Below are positions 48,647 to 58,997 of a DNA stretch of 64,000 bases, one piece after another. How positions within the stretch are numbered: position 1 is the first letter of the stretch; every line of letters begins with the position of its first letter. The translations under genes and the position numbers were made by a program. The stretch covers positions 31,040 to 95,039 of the forward strand of contig JBBISH010000008.1 of NCBI GenBank assembly GCA_037441385.1. Direction: 5' to 3'. This stretch comes from Myxococcales bacterium (lineage in GTDB: Bacteria; Myxococcota_A; UBA9042). The notes beneath the pieces are model-generated. The model was not told the origin of the DNA, made no database searches, and was given only the letters and a program-made list of their open reading frames with translations.

Positions 48647-49753
48647 TTATTGCCAGCCGCGCAGCTTGAAGCGCTGGGACGAGATCTCGAACAAGAAGCC
48701 GAACTGGAACTCGATCTCGCCATGGTCATTACGCAAACCCGAGGGTGGATTGGGGAAGGGGCTTGCGGCAGTGAAGGCGCGCCGGGCCTCGTCGTCAAGG
48801 AAGTCCAGACCACACTCTTTGGCAACCCGCAATTGTTTCAGCGCGCCCTCGGGGTCCAGGGTGACGCGCAAGACGGTCAGGCGATTCTTGACGCCGTACC
48901 GCTGGCCAGTCGGATCGCGCTCGTGCCAGACCTTGCCGGGCTCCCATTCTTGGCCCACGCGGTCCTTGACGCGCTGGAAGAAGTCCCAGTAGCGGAATTT
49001 GCGGGTGTTCAGCAGGTTGGTGGCGCCCTCGTCTTCTACGTCGGGCAGGTAGTCGTTGCCGCCCGGCGACCCGGACAGGGCTTGCAGGTTGCGCAGTACG
49101 TTGCCCGGCGAGGTGGACGGCAAAAGCAGGCCATTGGGCGCGCCCTGGACCACCACCGACGAACTCTGCCCCGGCGGCTGAGCCTCTTGTGGGGCCGGGC
49201 CGTTGCCGGGCGACTGCGAGGCCGCGACGGCCGCTTGCTCGGGCTTGTTCTCGCCCCTGGGCGCCTGCGCCACCTGCCGTTGCCGTGGCAGCTGGGTGGG
49301 CGCCGTGCTGGTCGATTGCGGGCTCTGCAGCCGCGACGGGTTGTCGATCGCCACCTTGCCCAGGTCGCGGCCCGGCACCTTGCGACCCATGGCCTTCTGC
49401 TCGCGCTCGACCTTCATGTCGTAGCGGCCCAAGTACTTGGTGTGCTCGGGGGCCTGTTCGCGCTCCGGCCGAGCCGTCTCGACCACTTGGCCGTTGAGAT
49501 CGTCGTCCGTGGGCTTGGGTTTGGGCGGATCGGGCTTGGTGGGATCGGGCCGCGAGGGCAAGAAATTGAGGCGCGAAGCGATCTTGGGACCCTTGGTCGC
49601 GCCGCCTTTGCCGCGCGCCTGGGTCGGGCTGGCCGCGTGGCCGTTGCCCCAGGACATCATGGTCGCCAGGCCAAAGAGCAGACCCATGGCCATCGCCACG
49701 CCCAAGAGGGCGGCGACGAGGAGGCGAAAAATGTTGCGCATACGACGAACCAT
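48647..49753 (-). CDS. TonB/TolA C-terminal domain protein
   Basis: N-terminal TM, Pro/Gln spacer, FFQRVKDRV..W, CGLDFLDDEARRAF..ASPFPNPP. Confidence 0.8.
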   Translation of the reverse strand: MVRRMRNIFRLLVAALLGVAMAMGLLFGLATMMSWGNGHAASPTQARGKGGATKGPKIASRLNFLPSRPDPTKPDPPKPKPTDDDLNGQVVETARPEREQAPEHTKYLGRYDMKVEREQKAMGRKVPGRDLGKVAIDNPSRLQSPQSTSTAPTQLPRQRQVAQAPRGENKPEQAAVAASQSPGNGPAPQEAQPPGQSSSVVVQGAPNGLLLPSTSPGNVLRNLQALSGSPGGNDYLPDVEDEGATNLLNTRKFRYWDFFQRVKDRVGQEWEPGKVWHERDPTGQRYGVKNRLTVLRVTLDPEGALKQLRVAKECGLDFLDDEARRAFTAASPFPNPPSGLRNDHGEIEFQFGFLFEISSQRFKLRGWQ

Positions 49754-49919
49754 CGCCTCTTCAACGTAGGGCCCCGGCGGCGCGGGGTCAAGTCCGAACG
49801 TTGGACGCGCCAACGCGGCGCACGGTTTCGCAGCGCGCGACACGGACGCGTGGGCTGGAATTTCGGGCAGGTTCGCGCAAAGCTGTGGCCGGTGCCGCTT
49901 GGCGCCCGTGGCCTGCCCG

Positions 49920-52040
49920 ATGACTGCTGCCGCCGACCCCGCCGCCGACATTTTGCGCTGGCACCGCGCGCTGTTGCACCGCTATGCCGCCCTGCACGAA
50001 GGTAACCTGGCTGCGGGCGAGGTGGGGCTGCCGGCAGAGCTGCAGCGGTGGCTGCGCGGCGAGGCGCCCCTGCCCGAACGACTGGCGCGTGCGCGCGCGG
50101 CCGACGCCGAGGTGCGCGCCTTGCGCAGTGCCGTGGCGGACTGGTCGGTTACCGGGCCGGCGGCGCGCTGGCGGCACCTGCTGAGCGATCTGGCCGACCA
50201 TGACCGCGAGCGCGACTTGCTGGTGCTGCTGCTGGGCGAGGCCTTGAGCCCGCGGGCGGCCGCGGCGCTGCGGCTGTTGTCGGGCTGGTCGGATTCCAGT
50301 GGAATCGAGCGGAGTTTCTTGCAGGCGCTGCTGGATCCGCTGGAGCAGGAGCCAGAGGCGGCGGCGGCCCTGTTGCGCGCGGATCACCGCTGGACCCGCC
50401 TGGGGCTGGTGCGCGGGCTGGAGCAGGCCGAGGCGGGGCGCCTGGCGTTCGTGCGCCTGGCGCCGCTCGTGCTGGCGTGGCTGGAAGGGGGGGCCGAGCG
50501 GGCCGTGCGTGGCGACCGAGCCGTCGCTGTGGTGGCCGCCGAGCGCCACAGGCCGCCCAGGCCGGCGCTGGAGCTGCTTGGTGAGGACCTGGATCGCGCC
50601 GAACATTTGCTGAAAACGCACCCAGGGGCGCTGCGCGCGGTGGTGCGCGCGGCCACGGCCGACGATGTGCGGCTGATGGCGACGGGGCTGGCGCAGCGGC
50701 TGCAGCGCGATCTAGTGGTGTGCGACGTGGCCGGGGCGCTGCGGCGCGATCCGCACACGGGCGAGGCCTTTGACAGCGGCGCGGTGGTCGATGCCCTGGA
50801 GCGCGCGGCGCTGCTTGCCCTTTTGGGCGACGGGATGCTGCTGGTGGTCGGCCTGAGCCAGGACGAGGGCGGCCGTTCGCTGGAGCCGGCACCGCTGGTC
50901 CAGACACTCGTCGAGCTGCCGGCGCCGGTGCTGCTGGAGGACGCGGGCGGTGGCGAAGGCCCGTCGTTGGCGGCCGGTCTGGCGCGCATGCTGACCGCGA
51001 CGGCGTTGACGCTGCCCTTCCCCGATCGCACGACCCGCAGCCGCGCTTGGGTGACCTGCCTGCCGGTGGCCGAAGAGCAGGCGCCGACTTTGCAGGGCCT
51101 GGCGGCGTTTCCACTGTCGCTCGCGCAGATCGACGAGCTGACCCAGGCGATCGGCGCCGGTCGCTACTCCCTGAGTGATCGCGAGGGCTTGGCCGACGCC
51201 TGCCGCGAGCGGATCGGCCACCGCGTGGGCGATGTGGCGCAGCGCGTGACGGCGACCGCGACCTGGCAGCAGGTGGTGCTGCCCGAGCCGGTGCTGGCGG
51301 TGACCCACGAGATCATCGCCTACGCCCGCTATGGCGAACAGGTGCTGAACGACTGGGGGTTTGCCGCCCGCTACCACTATGGACTGGGCCTGACGGCGCT
51401 GTTTTCGGGTCCGCCGGGCACTGGCAAGACGATGCTGGCCGGTCTGGTGGCGCGCGAGCTGGGTCTGGACCTGTATCGCGTGGATTTGTCCAGGATTCTG
51501 TCCAAGTACATTGGCGAGACCGAGCAGCGGCTGGGGCGCTTGTTCGAAGAGGGCAAGCGGGGCGGCGTGGCGCTGCTGTTCGACGAGGCGGACTCCCTGT
51601 TTGCTCGCCGAACCGAGGTTCGCTCGAGCGTGGATCGCTACGCCAACCTGGAGGTCAACTTCCTGCTGCAAAAGATGGAGGAATACAGCGGGGTAGTGAT
51701 CCTGACCACCAATTTTGCCGACAGCATCGACGAGGCGTTCAAGCGCCGGATTCGCTTCCACGCGCAGTTTCCTTTGCCCGGCGCGCACGAGCGCGAGCAG
51801 CTGTGGCTGGCGATGCTGCCGGCGCAGACGCCGCTGGAAGACGATGTGCCGTTCGAGCTGCTGGCCGAGGCGTACGAATTCAGCGGCGGCGAGATCAAGA
51901 ACGCGGTACTCCGCGCGGCCTTCTATGCAGCCGTGGCGCAGGGGCCGATCACGTTCGAACTCCTGGACCGGGCGGCCCAAGCCGAGTGCCACGAGCGCGG
52001 GCGGCTGGTATTGCGGACCGCCTCAAGCCTGCGGTGGTAG
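49920..52040 (+). CDS. AAA+ ATPase, Afp15/Pvc15-like family
   Basis: [54 protein letters not shown]. Confidence 0.85.
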   Translation: MTAAADPAADILRWHRALLHRYAALHEGNLAAGEVGLPAELQRWLRGEAPLPERLARARAADAEVRALRSAVADWSVTGPAARWRHLLSDLADHDRERDLLVLLLGEALSPRAAAALRLLSGWSDSSGIERSFLQALLDPLEQEPEAAAALLRADHRWTRLGLVRGLEQAEAGRLAFVRLAPLVLAWLEGGAERAVRGDRAVAVVAAERHRPPRPALELLGEDLDRAEHLLKTHPGALRAVVRAATADDVRLMATGLAQRLQRDLVVCDVAGALRRDPHTGEAFDSGAVVDALERAALLALLGDGMLLVVGLSQDEGGRSLEPAPLVQTLVELPAPVLLEDAGGGEGPSLAAGLARMLTATALTLPFPDRTTRSRAWVTCLPVAEEQAPTLQGLAAFPLSLAQIDELTQAIGAGRYSLSDREGLADACRERIGHRVGDVAQRVTATATWQQVVLPEPVLAVTHEIIAYARYGEQVLNDWGFAARYHYGLGLTALFSGPPGTGKTMLAGLVARELGLDLYRVDLSRILSKYIGETEQRLGRLFEEGKRGGVALLFDEADSLFARRTEVRSSVDRYANLEVNFLLQKMEEYSGVVILTTNFADSIDEAFKRRIRFHAQFPLPGAHEREQLWLAMLPAQTPLEDDVPFELLAEAYEFSGGEIKNAVLRAAFYAAVAQGPITFELLDRAAQAECHERGRLVLRTASSLRW

Positions 52041-52043
52041 CCC

Positions 52044-53555
52044 ATGCCCTTGGCGGACGAACTGCTGGAGCGCCATGGCCGCGCGCGGCCGTTTTGGGAA
52101 CAGTTGCTGGGGCGCTGTGGGATTGCGCCGGGTGCCGAGGCCCACGCCCTGTCGTTGCGGCAGCGTCGCGACCTGAGCCAGGCGCTGCGGCTGCTGGGGG
52201 CGCCCGAGACGACCGAGCAAGTGTCCGTCCCTACGCAGGAAATGAGCCTGTGGGCGCGGTGCGTCCTTTGGCGCTGGCTGGGGGCCCGCAGGCCGTGGCT
52301 GTTGGACGGTGGGGTCGCGACCGCCCAGGCCGAGTGGCGACGCCACGCCGCGACCGCCACCGACGAGCTCGCGACGCCGCCACCGTTGCCCGAGCGCGAC
52401 CCGCGCTGGTTGGCACTGCGCCAGGCGTGGCCTGCGCTGGATCTGCCCAACTTGGCGGTGTGCGCGTTCTTGGACGTGGCGGTCCGCGAGTCCCGGCTGG
52501 CGGCGGCCCTGCGCCGGGCCTGGCCTGGCTTGCCGCCGCAGCAATGGCCCCTGCAGGGCATCCAGCAGATCGTGGCCCCGCATCTTCGTGATTTTGCTCA
52601 GCTCCCCGCCAATGTTGCGCGGGTCCGCGACCATCGCGCCGGTCACCTGGTCGAGCTCGTCCGCACGAGCGCCGCGGCCGAGCCGGGGGCGGGCCGTGAG
52701 TTGGGTCCTCCGTCCGTTGCCAAGGTGGGGCCGCTCGCCGCCAGTCGCGGTCTGCTCACCGAGTTGCCACCCTTGCCAAGTGGCAGGATTCCGCTGGTTT
52801 TCTCGCCTGAATTGCGCGCCGCCATGGAAGAGTTGACGCTGCGCTGGCGGCATCGCGGGGCGGCGGCCTTGGGCAGTGGCGGGCTGGTGGCGCTGCTGGC
52901 AGGGCCGGCGGGGCACGGCCGGCGGACGGCGGCCCGCGAAGCTGCGGAAGCAATGGGGATCCGACTGTTGCGCGTCCAAGCGGCACTGCTGGGCTCGCGG
53001 TGGATCGGCGAGTCCGAACAGCGCATCTCCCAGATGTTCCGCCAGGCGGCCCAAAGTGGCTGCGGGTTGCTCATCGACGACGCCCACGACCTGCTGACGG
53101 GGCGGGTGGCGGTGCAAACGGCGGGTGATCGCTACGCCAACACCGCCAGCAACCACATGCTGCAGGAAATCGAGCGGTTTCCCGGCCTGGTCCTGCTGGT
53201 GGCGCAGGGGCCCCACCAGTTCGATGCGGCCATGCGCCGCCGAATTCAGGTGGTGGTGCGCTTCCTACCCCCGGATCTGGTTACTCGGCAGGCGATCGTG
53301 GCCGAGGCCGTGGCGTGGCTGGCGCGGCGCGATCGGCAGTTGGCGATCGATTCTCAGCTGGACCCCGCGGAACTGGCCCTGGGAGCCCTGACGCCGGCGC
53401 AGTTGGTGCGGGCGGTGCTGGGGGCGGCGATGACGGCGCGGCGGCTGGCTCTGCCCTTGGATGCCCCGCTGCTGCAAGAGCAGGTGGTGGCCGAGGTCCG
53501 CCAGAGCGCCGGCGTGGTGCGCGGCCGCGTTGATCTGCAGCCCGCCGACCGGTAG
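52044..53555 (+). CDS. Degenerate AAA+ ATPase paralogue
   Basis: GPAGHGRRT, SRWIGESE, LLIDDAHD, RYAN, AMRRRI. Confidence 0.75.
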   Translation: MPLADELLERHGRARPFWEQLLGRCGIAPGAEAHALSLRQRRDLSQALRLLGAPETTEQVSVPTQEMSLWARCVLWRWLGARRPWLLDGGVATAQAEWRRHAATATDELATPPPLPERDPRWLALRQAWPALDLPNLAVCAFLDVAVRESRLAAALRRAWPGLPPQQWPLQGIQQIVAPHLRDFAQLPANVARVRDHRAGHLVELVRTSAAAEPGAGRELGPPSVAKVGPLAASRGLLTELPPLPSGRIPLVFSPELRAAMEELTLRWRHRGAAALGSGGLVALLAGPAGHGRRTAAREAAEAMGIRLLRVQAALLGSRWIGESEQRISQMFRQAAQSGCGLLIDDAHDLLTGRVAVQTAGDRYANTASNHMLQEIERFPGLVLLVAQGPHQFDAAMRRRIQVVVRFLPPDLVTRQAIVAEAVAWLARRDRQLAIDSQLDPAELALGALTPAQLVRAVLGAAMTARRLALPLDAPLLQEQVVAEVRQSAGVVRGRVDLQPADR

Positions 53556-53564
53556 CCTGCCGCG

Positions 53565-54593
53565 GTGCCGAACCCGCCTGCCAGCCGTGTGCCCGCGCAA
53601 CCTTACCTGCCCGATCGCGACCGGGAACAGGTAGAACAGCTTTGGTTGCGTGTGTTTGGGCGAGCCAAGGGCGGGCAGACTCCGGCGTGGCTGTTTCGGC
53701 CGGCGCCGATGATCGACGCGCCGCGGGTGGTGATTCGCGAGTTCGATCAAGTGATCGCCCATGCAGGCGCCATGCCGGTGCGGCTGATGGCGGGTGAGCA
53801 GCCGCTGCTGGCCGGCTGGTCGGTGGGGGCGATGACCGACCCGCACTTCCGCGGTCAAGGGCTGTTCGTGCGCGCCGGCCAGGCTTTGTACCAGCAGATG
53901 GCCGAGCAAGGTTTTGATCTGGTGGGTGGGTTTTCGAATGCGCAGTCGGCCAGCCTGCACACTGGGCCGCTGCAGCGCACGCCGGTGCGGCCATTTCCGT
54001 GGTGCGCGCGCCCGCTTTGGCCGCGCCGGGTGGGGCTGCGGCCGTTGGCGGCGACGTGGCCGCGTCAGGGCGGGGTCGAGATCGCGGCGGTCGAGCCCGG
54101 GGATCCGCAACTCGACGTCATTTGGCGCAACCGCCCGCAGGGCACCGGGGTGGCCACCGTCCGCGACGCGGCGTGGTCCAGTTGGCGCTACCGGGATCGG
54201 TCCGACGCGGATTATCGCTTGGCGGTCGCGCGGATAGGCGGTGTGCCGGCCGCGTGGATCGCGGTGCGCGCTTTGCGGGTGGCCCGCGTCCCCGCCTTGT
54301 TCGTGCTGGATTTGCAGTGCACGGCCCAGGGCAGCGACGCCGCAGCCAAGCTGCTGCACAGCGCCGAACAGCTCGCGAGCTCGGCAGGTTGCCTGCTGTC
54401 GAGCGCGTTGCTGCCCGGCTGGGGGCCGCTGCGGCGCGTGCTGCGCTGGCGCGGCTACGTGCCCGTGCCCGAGCGCCTGCACCCCCAGCAGATCACGCTG
54501 TCGGTCCGGCCCTTGAGCGCCAAGGTGCCGCCCATGGATCTCGGCAACGCCCGCAGTTGGTGGCTGGCGTGGTCGGACACCGATGTTGTCTAA
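53565..54593 (+). CDS. Tandem GNAT-family N-acetyltransferase
   Basis: MTDPHFRGQGLF acetyl-CoA motif, GFSNAQS, RDAAWSSWRY, terminal SDTD. Confidence 0.8.
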   Translation: MPNPPASRVPAQPYLPDRDREQVEQLWLRVFGRAKGGQTPAWLFRPAPMIDAPRVVIREFDQVIAHAGAMPVRLMAGEQPLLAGWSVGAMTDPHFRGQGLFVRAGQALYQQMAEQGFDLVGGFSNAQSASLHTGPLQRTPVRPFPWCARPLWPRRVGLRPLAATWPRQGGVEIAAVEPGDPQLDVIWRNRPQGTGVATVRDAAWSSWRYRDRSDADYRLAVARIGGVPAAWIAVRALRVARVPALFVLDLQCTAQGSDAAAKLLHSAEQLASSAGCLLSSALLPGWGPLRRVLRWRGYVPVPERLHPQQITLSVRPLSAKVPPMDLGNARSWWLAWSDTDVV

Positions 54594-54596
54594 AAT

Positions 54597-55037
54597 TCAG
54601 CCAAAAATACGCGAGGTTTTAATCGCAATACCCAGAAGCGCCAGACCCAGCGCGGCGCAGGCGCCCGCGGCCGGCAGCAAGAATGACTGCTCGGGCTGCA
54701 GGTTGGGCGCGGTTTCGCCCACCTCGGGTCGCCAGAAGCCGGGGTGGACCCAGCCGGGCACCTTCTGGCCGGGCTGATACTTGCCCGAGTCCACGTCCTT
54801 TTCGTCGATGAGGGCCGCGCCATCCTTGGCGCTGTGGTCGGCCGGGTCCTGCCACTTGACCAGCAACAGCCCGCCGCGATTGCCGCGCGATCGCACCTGC
54901 GTGCGGAGCACTTCGAGCTCGACGCGCTGCCACTGGCCGGTGCGCAGCTTCTGATCCTGGTCACGCCACGTGTAGACCAGCATGGCCGCCACGCCCAAGA
55001 GCACGATCGCCGCGACCGCAAGCCAACTCAATTTCAT
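54597..55037 (-). CDS. Two-TM protein with a small beta domain (DUF3592-like)
   Basis: TM - GQW..VEL..YQPGQKVPGWVHP - TM. Confidence 0.65.
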   Translation of the reverse strand: MKLSWLAVAAIVLLGVAAMLVYTWRDQDQKLRTGQWQRVELEVLRTQVRSRGNRGGLLLVKWQDPADHSAKDGAALIDEKDVDSGKYQPGQKVPGWVHPGFWRPEVGETAPNLQPEQSFLLPAAGACAALGLALLGIAIKTSRIFG

Positions 55038-55055
55038 GGTGCTCTGGAGCCTTGC

Positions 55056-56612
55056 CTAGTTGTGCGACGGGAACGCCGAGCGGATGTTGCCCTCGAGATC
55101 CTGAAGGTCCAACGGCTTGGGCGTCACGTTGCCATAGAAACCGCGCTGCTTGGTCAGGCCGAAGCCAAAATCCACGCCGGCCAAGGTCATCTTGCCCAGG
55201 GTCCGCTCGTACAGCCACCAATCCTTGGTGTAAGTCGAGACGCCCACGGCATCGTAGTAGGCGAACAGGCCCACGCTGCCCTTGAGCGCCATTTCCCATG
55301 CAGCCAAGCTGAGTTTGCCGTTGAGGCCAAAGTCGCCGGTGGTGGGGTTGTAGCCCAGGGCCACGGCGGCGCTGGCGGGCTTGTTGGCCGACAGGCCCAG
55401 TTTGGCCTTGATGCCCACGCCCGCTTCGGCGATCCACGCGTCGGCCGAGACGCCCGCGGTCAGCGCGATCGACCCTTCGGTGTTGATGCCCGTCTCCAGG
55501 TTGCCTTCTACCTCGTACCAGGCGCCGCCCTTGTCGTCCTTGCGCCGCTTGATCACGATGTTGTTGAGCATCACCTCGCCGACCTTGAAGGTGAGCCCGG
55601 CCTGAATGCCCAGGCCCAGCGACAACCCAAAGAACGGCGTGGGAATGTTCTTGCGCCACCACTTGTCGACTTTCTTCTCGGTGCCGGCGTACAGCTTCTT
55701 GGCGCCCGAGATGCCGAGTTGCCAGTCGCCGTCGCGGTTGGGCGGCGTAAAGACGATGCCTCGATCGCCGCCGATCGGGATGGTGATCTGGTTGGGGTTG
55801 CTGTGCTCGCCCTCGGCCGGCTGACCGGCGCCGGGCCGGGCATTGGGGGCAGCCCCGGCAGCGGGTGCGGCACCGGCGGTGGGGGCAGCACCTGGGCGCG
55901 CGGCGGGGGCGCTGCGCACTTCGGGGGCGTGCTGGGCCTCATTTTCGCCAGCTTTGTGACGCACTTGGCCCTTCTTGCCTTGCTGGGCGGCGTCCGCGGC
56001 GTGATCAGCTTCCTTTTCCTTGGCGGCGGTGCTGCCTTGTTCCGCGGCCTTGGGTGCGGCGCCGTCGGCCTGCTTGGGTGCCGGCGCCTTGGGATCGGCG
56101 GCCGCGGCCGGGTGCGCTGCGTCGGGCCGGGCCTGGGCCTTCTTGGGGTCGGGGTTCTTGCCCAGGCGCTTTTGCACGACATGCGCGCATTCGTGCATCA
56201 GAATTTTTTCGTAGCCGGCCGAGCCCGGTTCGCCCGCCTGCGAGCCCATGGTGATGACGTTGCCCAGCGCATAGGCCGAACAGCCGCGCTTCTTGCACTC
56301 GTCGTCCGCGCCCGGACCGGAGCGCACGACCACGTCGCTCAGGTCGCTGCCTAGCGAGTCCTTGATCTTCTTGGCCACTTCGCCCGGCAGCGGTTCGGAC
56401 TTGACGGGACCGGCGGCCGTTTGCGCCTGATGCGCCGGGGTCGGCTGCTTGCCGCCGCCTTCGATGGCGGCCCGCTGCACGTCGGCCTTGGTCGCCGACG
56501 GCGCTAGCTGCTGGTGAACGGCCGGCGTTTCTTTGACGGGGCTGGCGGTGCGCTGCTCAAAAGCCTTGCGCTTGGCTGCTTTGTCCTGATTCGACTTGGG
56601 GCTCTGCTCCAT
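55056..56612 (-). CDS. DUF4157 (eCIS core domain) protein with a beta-rich C-terminal domain
   Basis: EPLP..LGSDLSDVVV..AYALGNVI..LMHECAHVVQ, later EKEAD; GGAGG RBS. Confidence 0.85.
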   Translation of the reverse strand: MEQSPKSNQDKAAKRKAFEQRTASPVKETPAVHQQLAPSATKADVQRAAIEGGGKQPTPAHQAQTAAGPVKSEPLPGEVAKKIKDSLGSDLSDVVVRSGPGADDECKKRGCSAYALGNVITMGSQAGEPGSAGYEKILMHECAHVVQKRLGKNPDPKKAQARPDAAHPAAAADPKAPAPKQADGAAPKAAEQGSTAAKEKEADHAADAAQQGKKGQVRHKAGENEAQHAPEVRSAPAARPGAAPTAGAAPAAGAAPNARPGAGQPAEGEHSNPNQITIPIGGDRGIVFTPPNRDGDWQLGISGAKKLYAGTEKKVDKWWRKNIPTPFFGLSLGLGIQAGLTFKVGEVMLNNIVIKRRKDDKGGAWYEVEGNLETGINTEGSIALTAGVSADAWIAEAGVGIKAKLGLSANKPASAAVALGYNPTTGDFGLNGKLSLAAWEMALKGSVGLFAYYDAVGVSTYTKDWWLYERTLGKMTLAGVDFGFGLTKQRGFYGNVTPKPLDLQDLEGNIRSAFPSHN

Positions 56613-56765
56613 GCGTCCTCCGGCTCGGCGGGCCAGTGGTCCGCGGCAAAGAAACACCGCGGGGCAGCTTGCACGATGCGCGACCAGCGCCGGCTTGGCA
56701 AGTCGCTGCCCCAGGGATGGCGGCAGCGCCAGGGTCTGGACACCCCAACTTGCCGGGAATCCGAG

Positions 56766-57074
56766 TCAGCAACCGGGCTTGGCGTACAGCTCGAGTCGCG
56801 CGCCGTGCCAGTGCTCCGGGGGCACAGGCGAGGCCGTTTGCACCTGCAACTCGTTGGCAATTAGCAATAACTTCAACTGGTCCGGCGTCGAACGCCGCTC
56901 GCCAGTGCGGAGGACCACTTGCGCCCTGGCCAGCGTAGCGGGCACAAGGTCGGGCGGCAAAGCGGCGATCGCCCGGTTGTCGTCGCGCGGATCCAGGCGA
57001 CAAACCGCAATCGCTGGGCTTGGTTGGGGCAGCAGCAACCACCCGTCGCCCACGCGCAGGCCGCTAGGGGGCAT
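56766..57074 (-). CDS. Hypothetical protein (102 aa)
   Basis: ATG overlaps the end of the upstream reductase; globular-looking composition. Confidence 0.45.
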   Translation of the reverse strand: MPPSGLRVGDGWLLLPQPSPAIAVCRLDPRDDNRAIAALPPDLVPATLARAQVVLRTGERRSTPDQLKLLLIANELQVQTASPVPPEHWHGARLELYAKPGC

Positions 57075-58227
57075 AGCTGGCCGTGGGATTGGGACGTGCG
57101 GCGGCGCAGAGCCACTCGAGCGGGGCGCGCGGGTGGTGCAGCAGGCGGGCGGCCGCGGCGACGTGGTCAGAGCGCCGCATCCCCACCAGTGTGCTGGTAA
57201 TTCCCGGAATTGAGCGGGCGAATTGCAGCGCCTCGACCGCGGCGGGATCCCGCTCGGGCAACTGGCACATGGTGGGCAGCGGCGGCACGTGCGGCAGGCG
57301 GTTCTGCACAAGGCGCCCCTGATGCAGCGGCGAGCTGCCAAAGACCACCAAACCGAGCTGGTGGGCCGCGTCCAGCGGAGTGTGCAGTTGGCCACGGACC
57401 TCTTGGTTGGGCTGCAAAAAAGCCTCTGGCATCGCGAGGTTCAGCGGAATCTGCACGGCCTTGCAGTGGTGGCGACTGCCCGCGACGTCTTGGGCGACCT
57501 GCACCACTTCTTGCAGGCTTAGGTAGTCGCGATCGGTGCGACGCGCGCGCACGCCCATCCACGAAGTGATGCCGTAGGCGCGCAGCTGACCGCGCGCCAC
57601 GGCCTGCTCCAATGCCTCGAAGGCACGGCGCAGGCGCTCGAAGAACTCTGGGCGATCGATCAGGTGCAGTTGGGTCTCTGGGTTGTGCACGTAGTACACG
57701 TCCAATGTGGAAAGGCCAAGATTCTCAAGACTGGCGGCCAGGCTCTGCTCCAGGAACGCCGGCGCCATGCAGTGGCAACCGGCCACCAGCTCCCCTTCGT
57801 CGCAGAGGCCGCGACCGACGGTGGCGCTGCGCAGGAAATGGGCTTTATTCGCCGGAGGTTGGGTGTCGAACGGGACCATGCCGCCGGCCGACGCGACCAG
57901 TACCTCGCTGCGGTAGATTTCGCCCGTCTGGATGAGCTGTTGCAGCGCCCGGCCGACCGCGCGCTCCGAGCGTTGGCAGCGAAAGTTGGCGGCGGTGTCG
58001 ATGACGTTGATGCCGCGGCGCACCGCATCGACCACGGCCGCTGTGTAAGCATCGTCCGTTTCTTCGCAGGGTTGCCCCAGGTAGGTGCCGATGCCGATCG
58101 ACGACAGTTCAAGGTGGGCGAGCTGCGAATAGGCGTCGGCAGCCTTGCCGGCCCCGTGTCGGCGGGCAAAGCGGTGCGTTCCCGCCTCGGTGGCGTAGCT
58201 GCGTTGGGTGACGAGTTCGGAGACCAT
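57064..58227 (-). CDS. Aldo/keto reductase
   Basis: SSIGIGTY, INVIDTA, DVYYVHNPE, SSPLHQG, ALQF, LVGM. Confidence 0.88.
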   Translation of the reverse strand: MVSELVTQRSYATEAGTHRFARRHGAGKAADAYSQLAHLELSSIGIGTYLGQPCEETDDAYTAAVVDAVRRGINVIDTAANFRCQRSERAVGRALQQLIQTGEIYRSEVLVASAGGMVPFDTQPPANKAHFLRSATVGRGLCDEGELVAGCHCMAPAFLEQSLAASLENLGLSTLDVYYVHNPETQLHLIDRPEFFERLRRAFEALEQAVARGQLRAYGITSWMGVRARRTDRDYLSLQEVVQVAQDVAGSRHHCKAVQIPLNLAMPEAFLQPNQEVRGQLHTPLDAAHQLGLVVFGSSPLHQGRLVQNRLPHVPPLPTMCQLPERDPAAVEALQFARSIPGITSTLVGMRRSDHVAAAARLLHHPRAPLEWLCAAARPNPTASYAP

Positions 58228-58301
58228 CGACGAGCTTGAGGGCGCTTGGCCGCCCGGCACCCATGATAGGAGTTGCTGGCGCTGTGTCGAATTCGCGGTG
58301 C

Positions 58302-58982
58302 CTAAGCCGGTTCGCGGCCAGGGTCCTGGGCCGCGTCGCGCAGCTGGGCGATGGCGGCGGCGCGATCCGTCTGGCCAAAGACGGCGGAGCCCGCCACGAA
58401 CCAGTCCACCCCCGCTTGGCGCGCGGCCGCGATGGTGCTGGTGGTGATGCCGCCGTCGATTTGGATGAAAAGCGCCGGCTTATGATGCTGACGCCAAGCG
58501 TCGATTTGCCGAACCTTGTCAAGCACCTGCGCGATGAACGCCTGGCCGCCAAAGCCGGGATTGACGCTCATGACCAACACAAAGTCGACAAAGGGCAGGA
58601 TGGGTTCGAGCGCCGCGAAGGAACTGTGCGGGTTGAGCGCCACGCCGGGCGCCATGCCCAAGGCGCGAATGCGCTGTACCGTGCGGTGCAAATGGCGACA
58701 CGCCTCCAAATGCACACTGAGCCAGCGGGCGCCCGCCTTGGCAAAATCTTCGAGCAAATGGTCCGGCTCCTCGACCATCAGGTGGCAATCGAGATCGAGC
58801 GTCGTGGCCTTCTTGAGGCTCGCCACCACCGGCGCGCCCAAGGTCAAGTTGGGCACGAACCGGCCGTCCATGACGTCGATGTGCAAAAAGTCGGCACCGG
58901 CGCGCGCCACGTCGCCGCACTCGGTGGCGATGTGGGCGAAATCAGCGGAGAGCAGCGAGGGGGCGATGGCGATCGGATGCAT
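58302..58982 (-). CDS. rpe: Ribulose-phosphate 3-epimerase
   Basis: APSLLSAD, HIDVMDG, HLM, MSVNPGFGGQ, DGG, VAGS. Confidence 0.96.
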   Translation of the reverse strand: MHPIAIAPSLLSADFAHIATECGDVARAGADFLHIDVMDGRFVPNLTLGAPVVASLKKATTLDLDCHLMVEEPDHLLEDFAKAGARWLSVHLEACRHLHRTVQRIRALGMAPGVALNPHSSFAALEPILPFVDFVLVMSVNPGFGGQAFIAQVLDKVRQIDAWRQHHKPALFIQIDGGITTSTIAAARQAGVDWFVAGSAVFGQTDRAAAIAQLRDAAQDPGREPA

Positions 58983-58997
58983 GGACGAGACCCCCGG

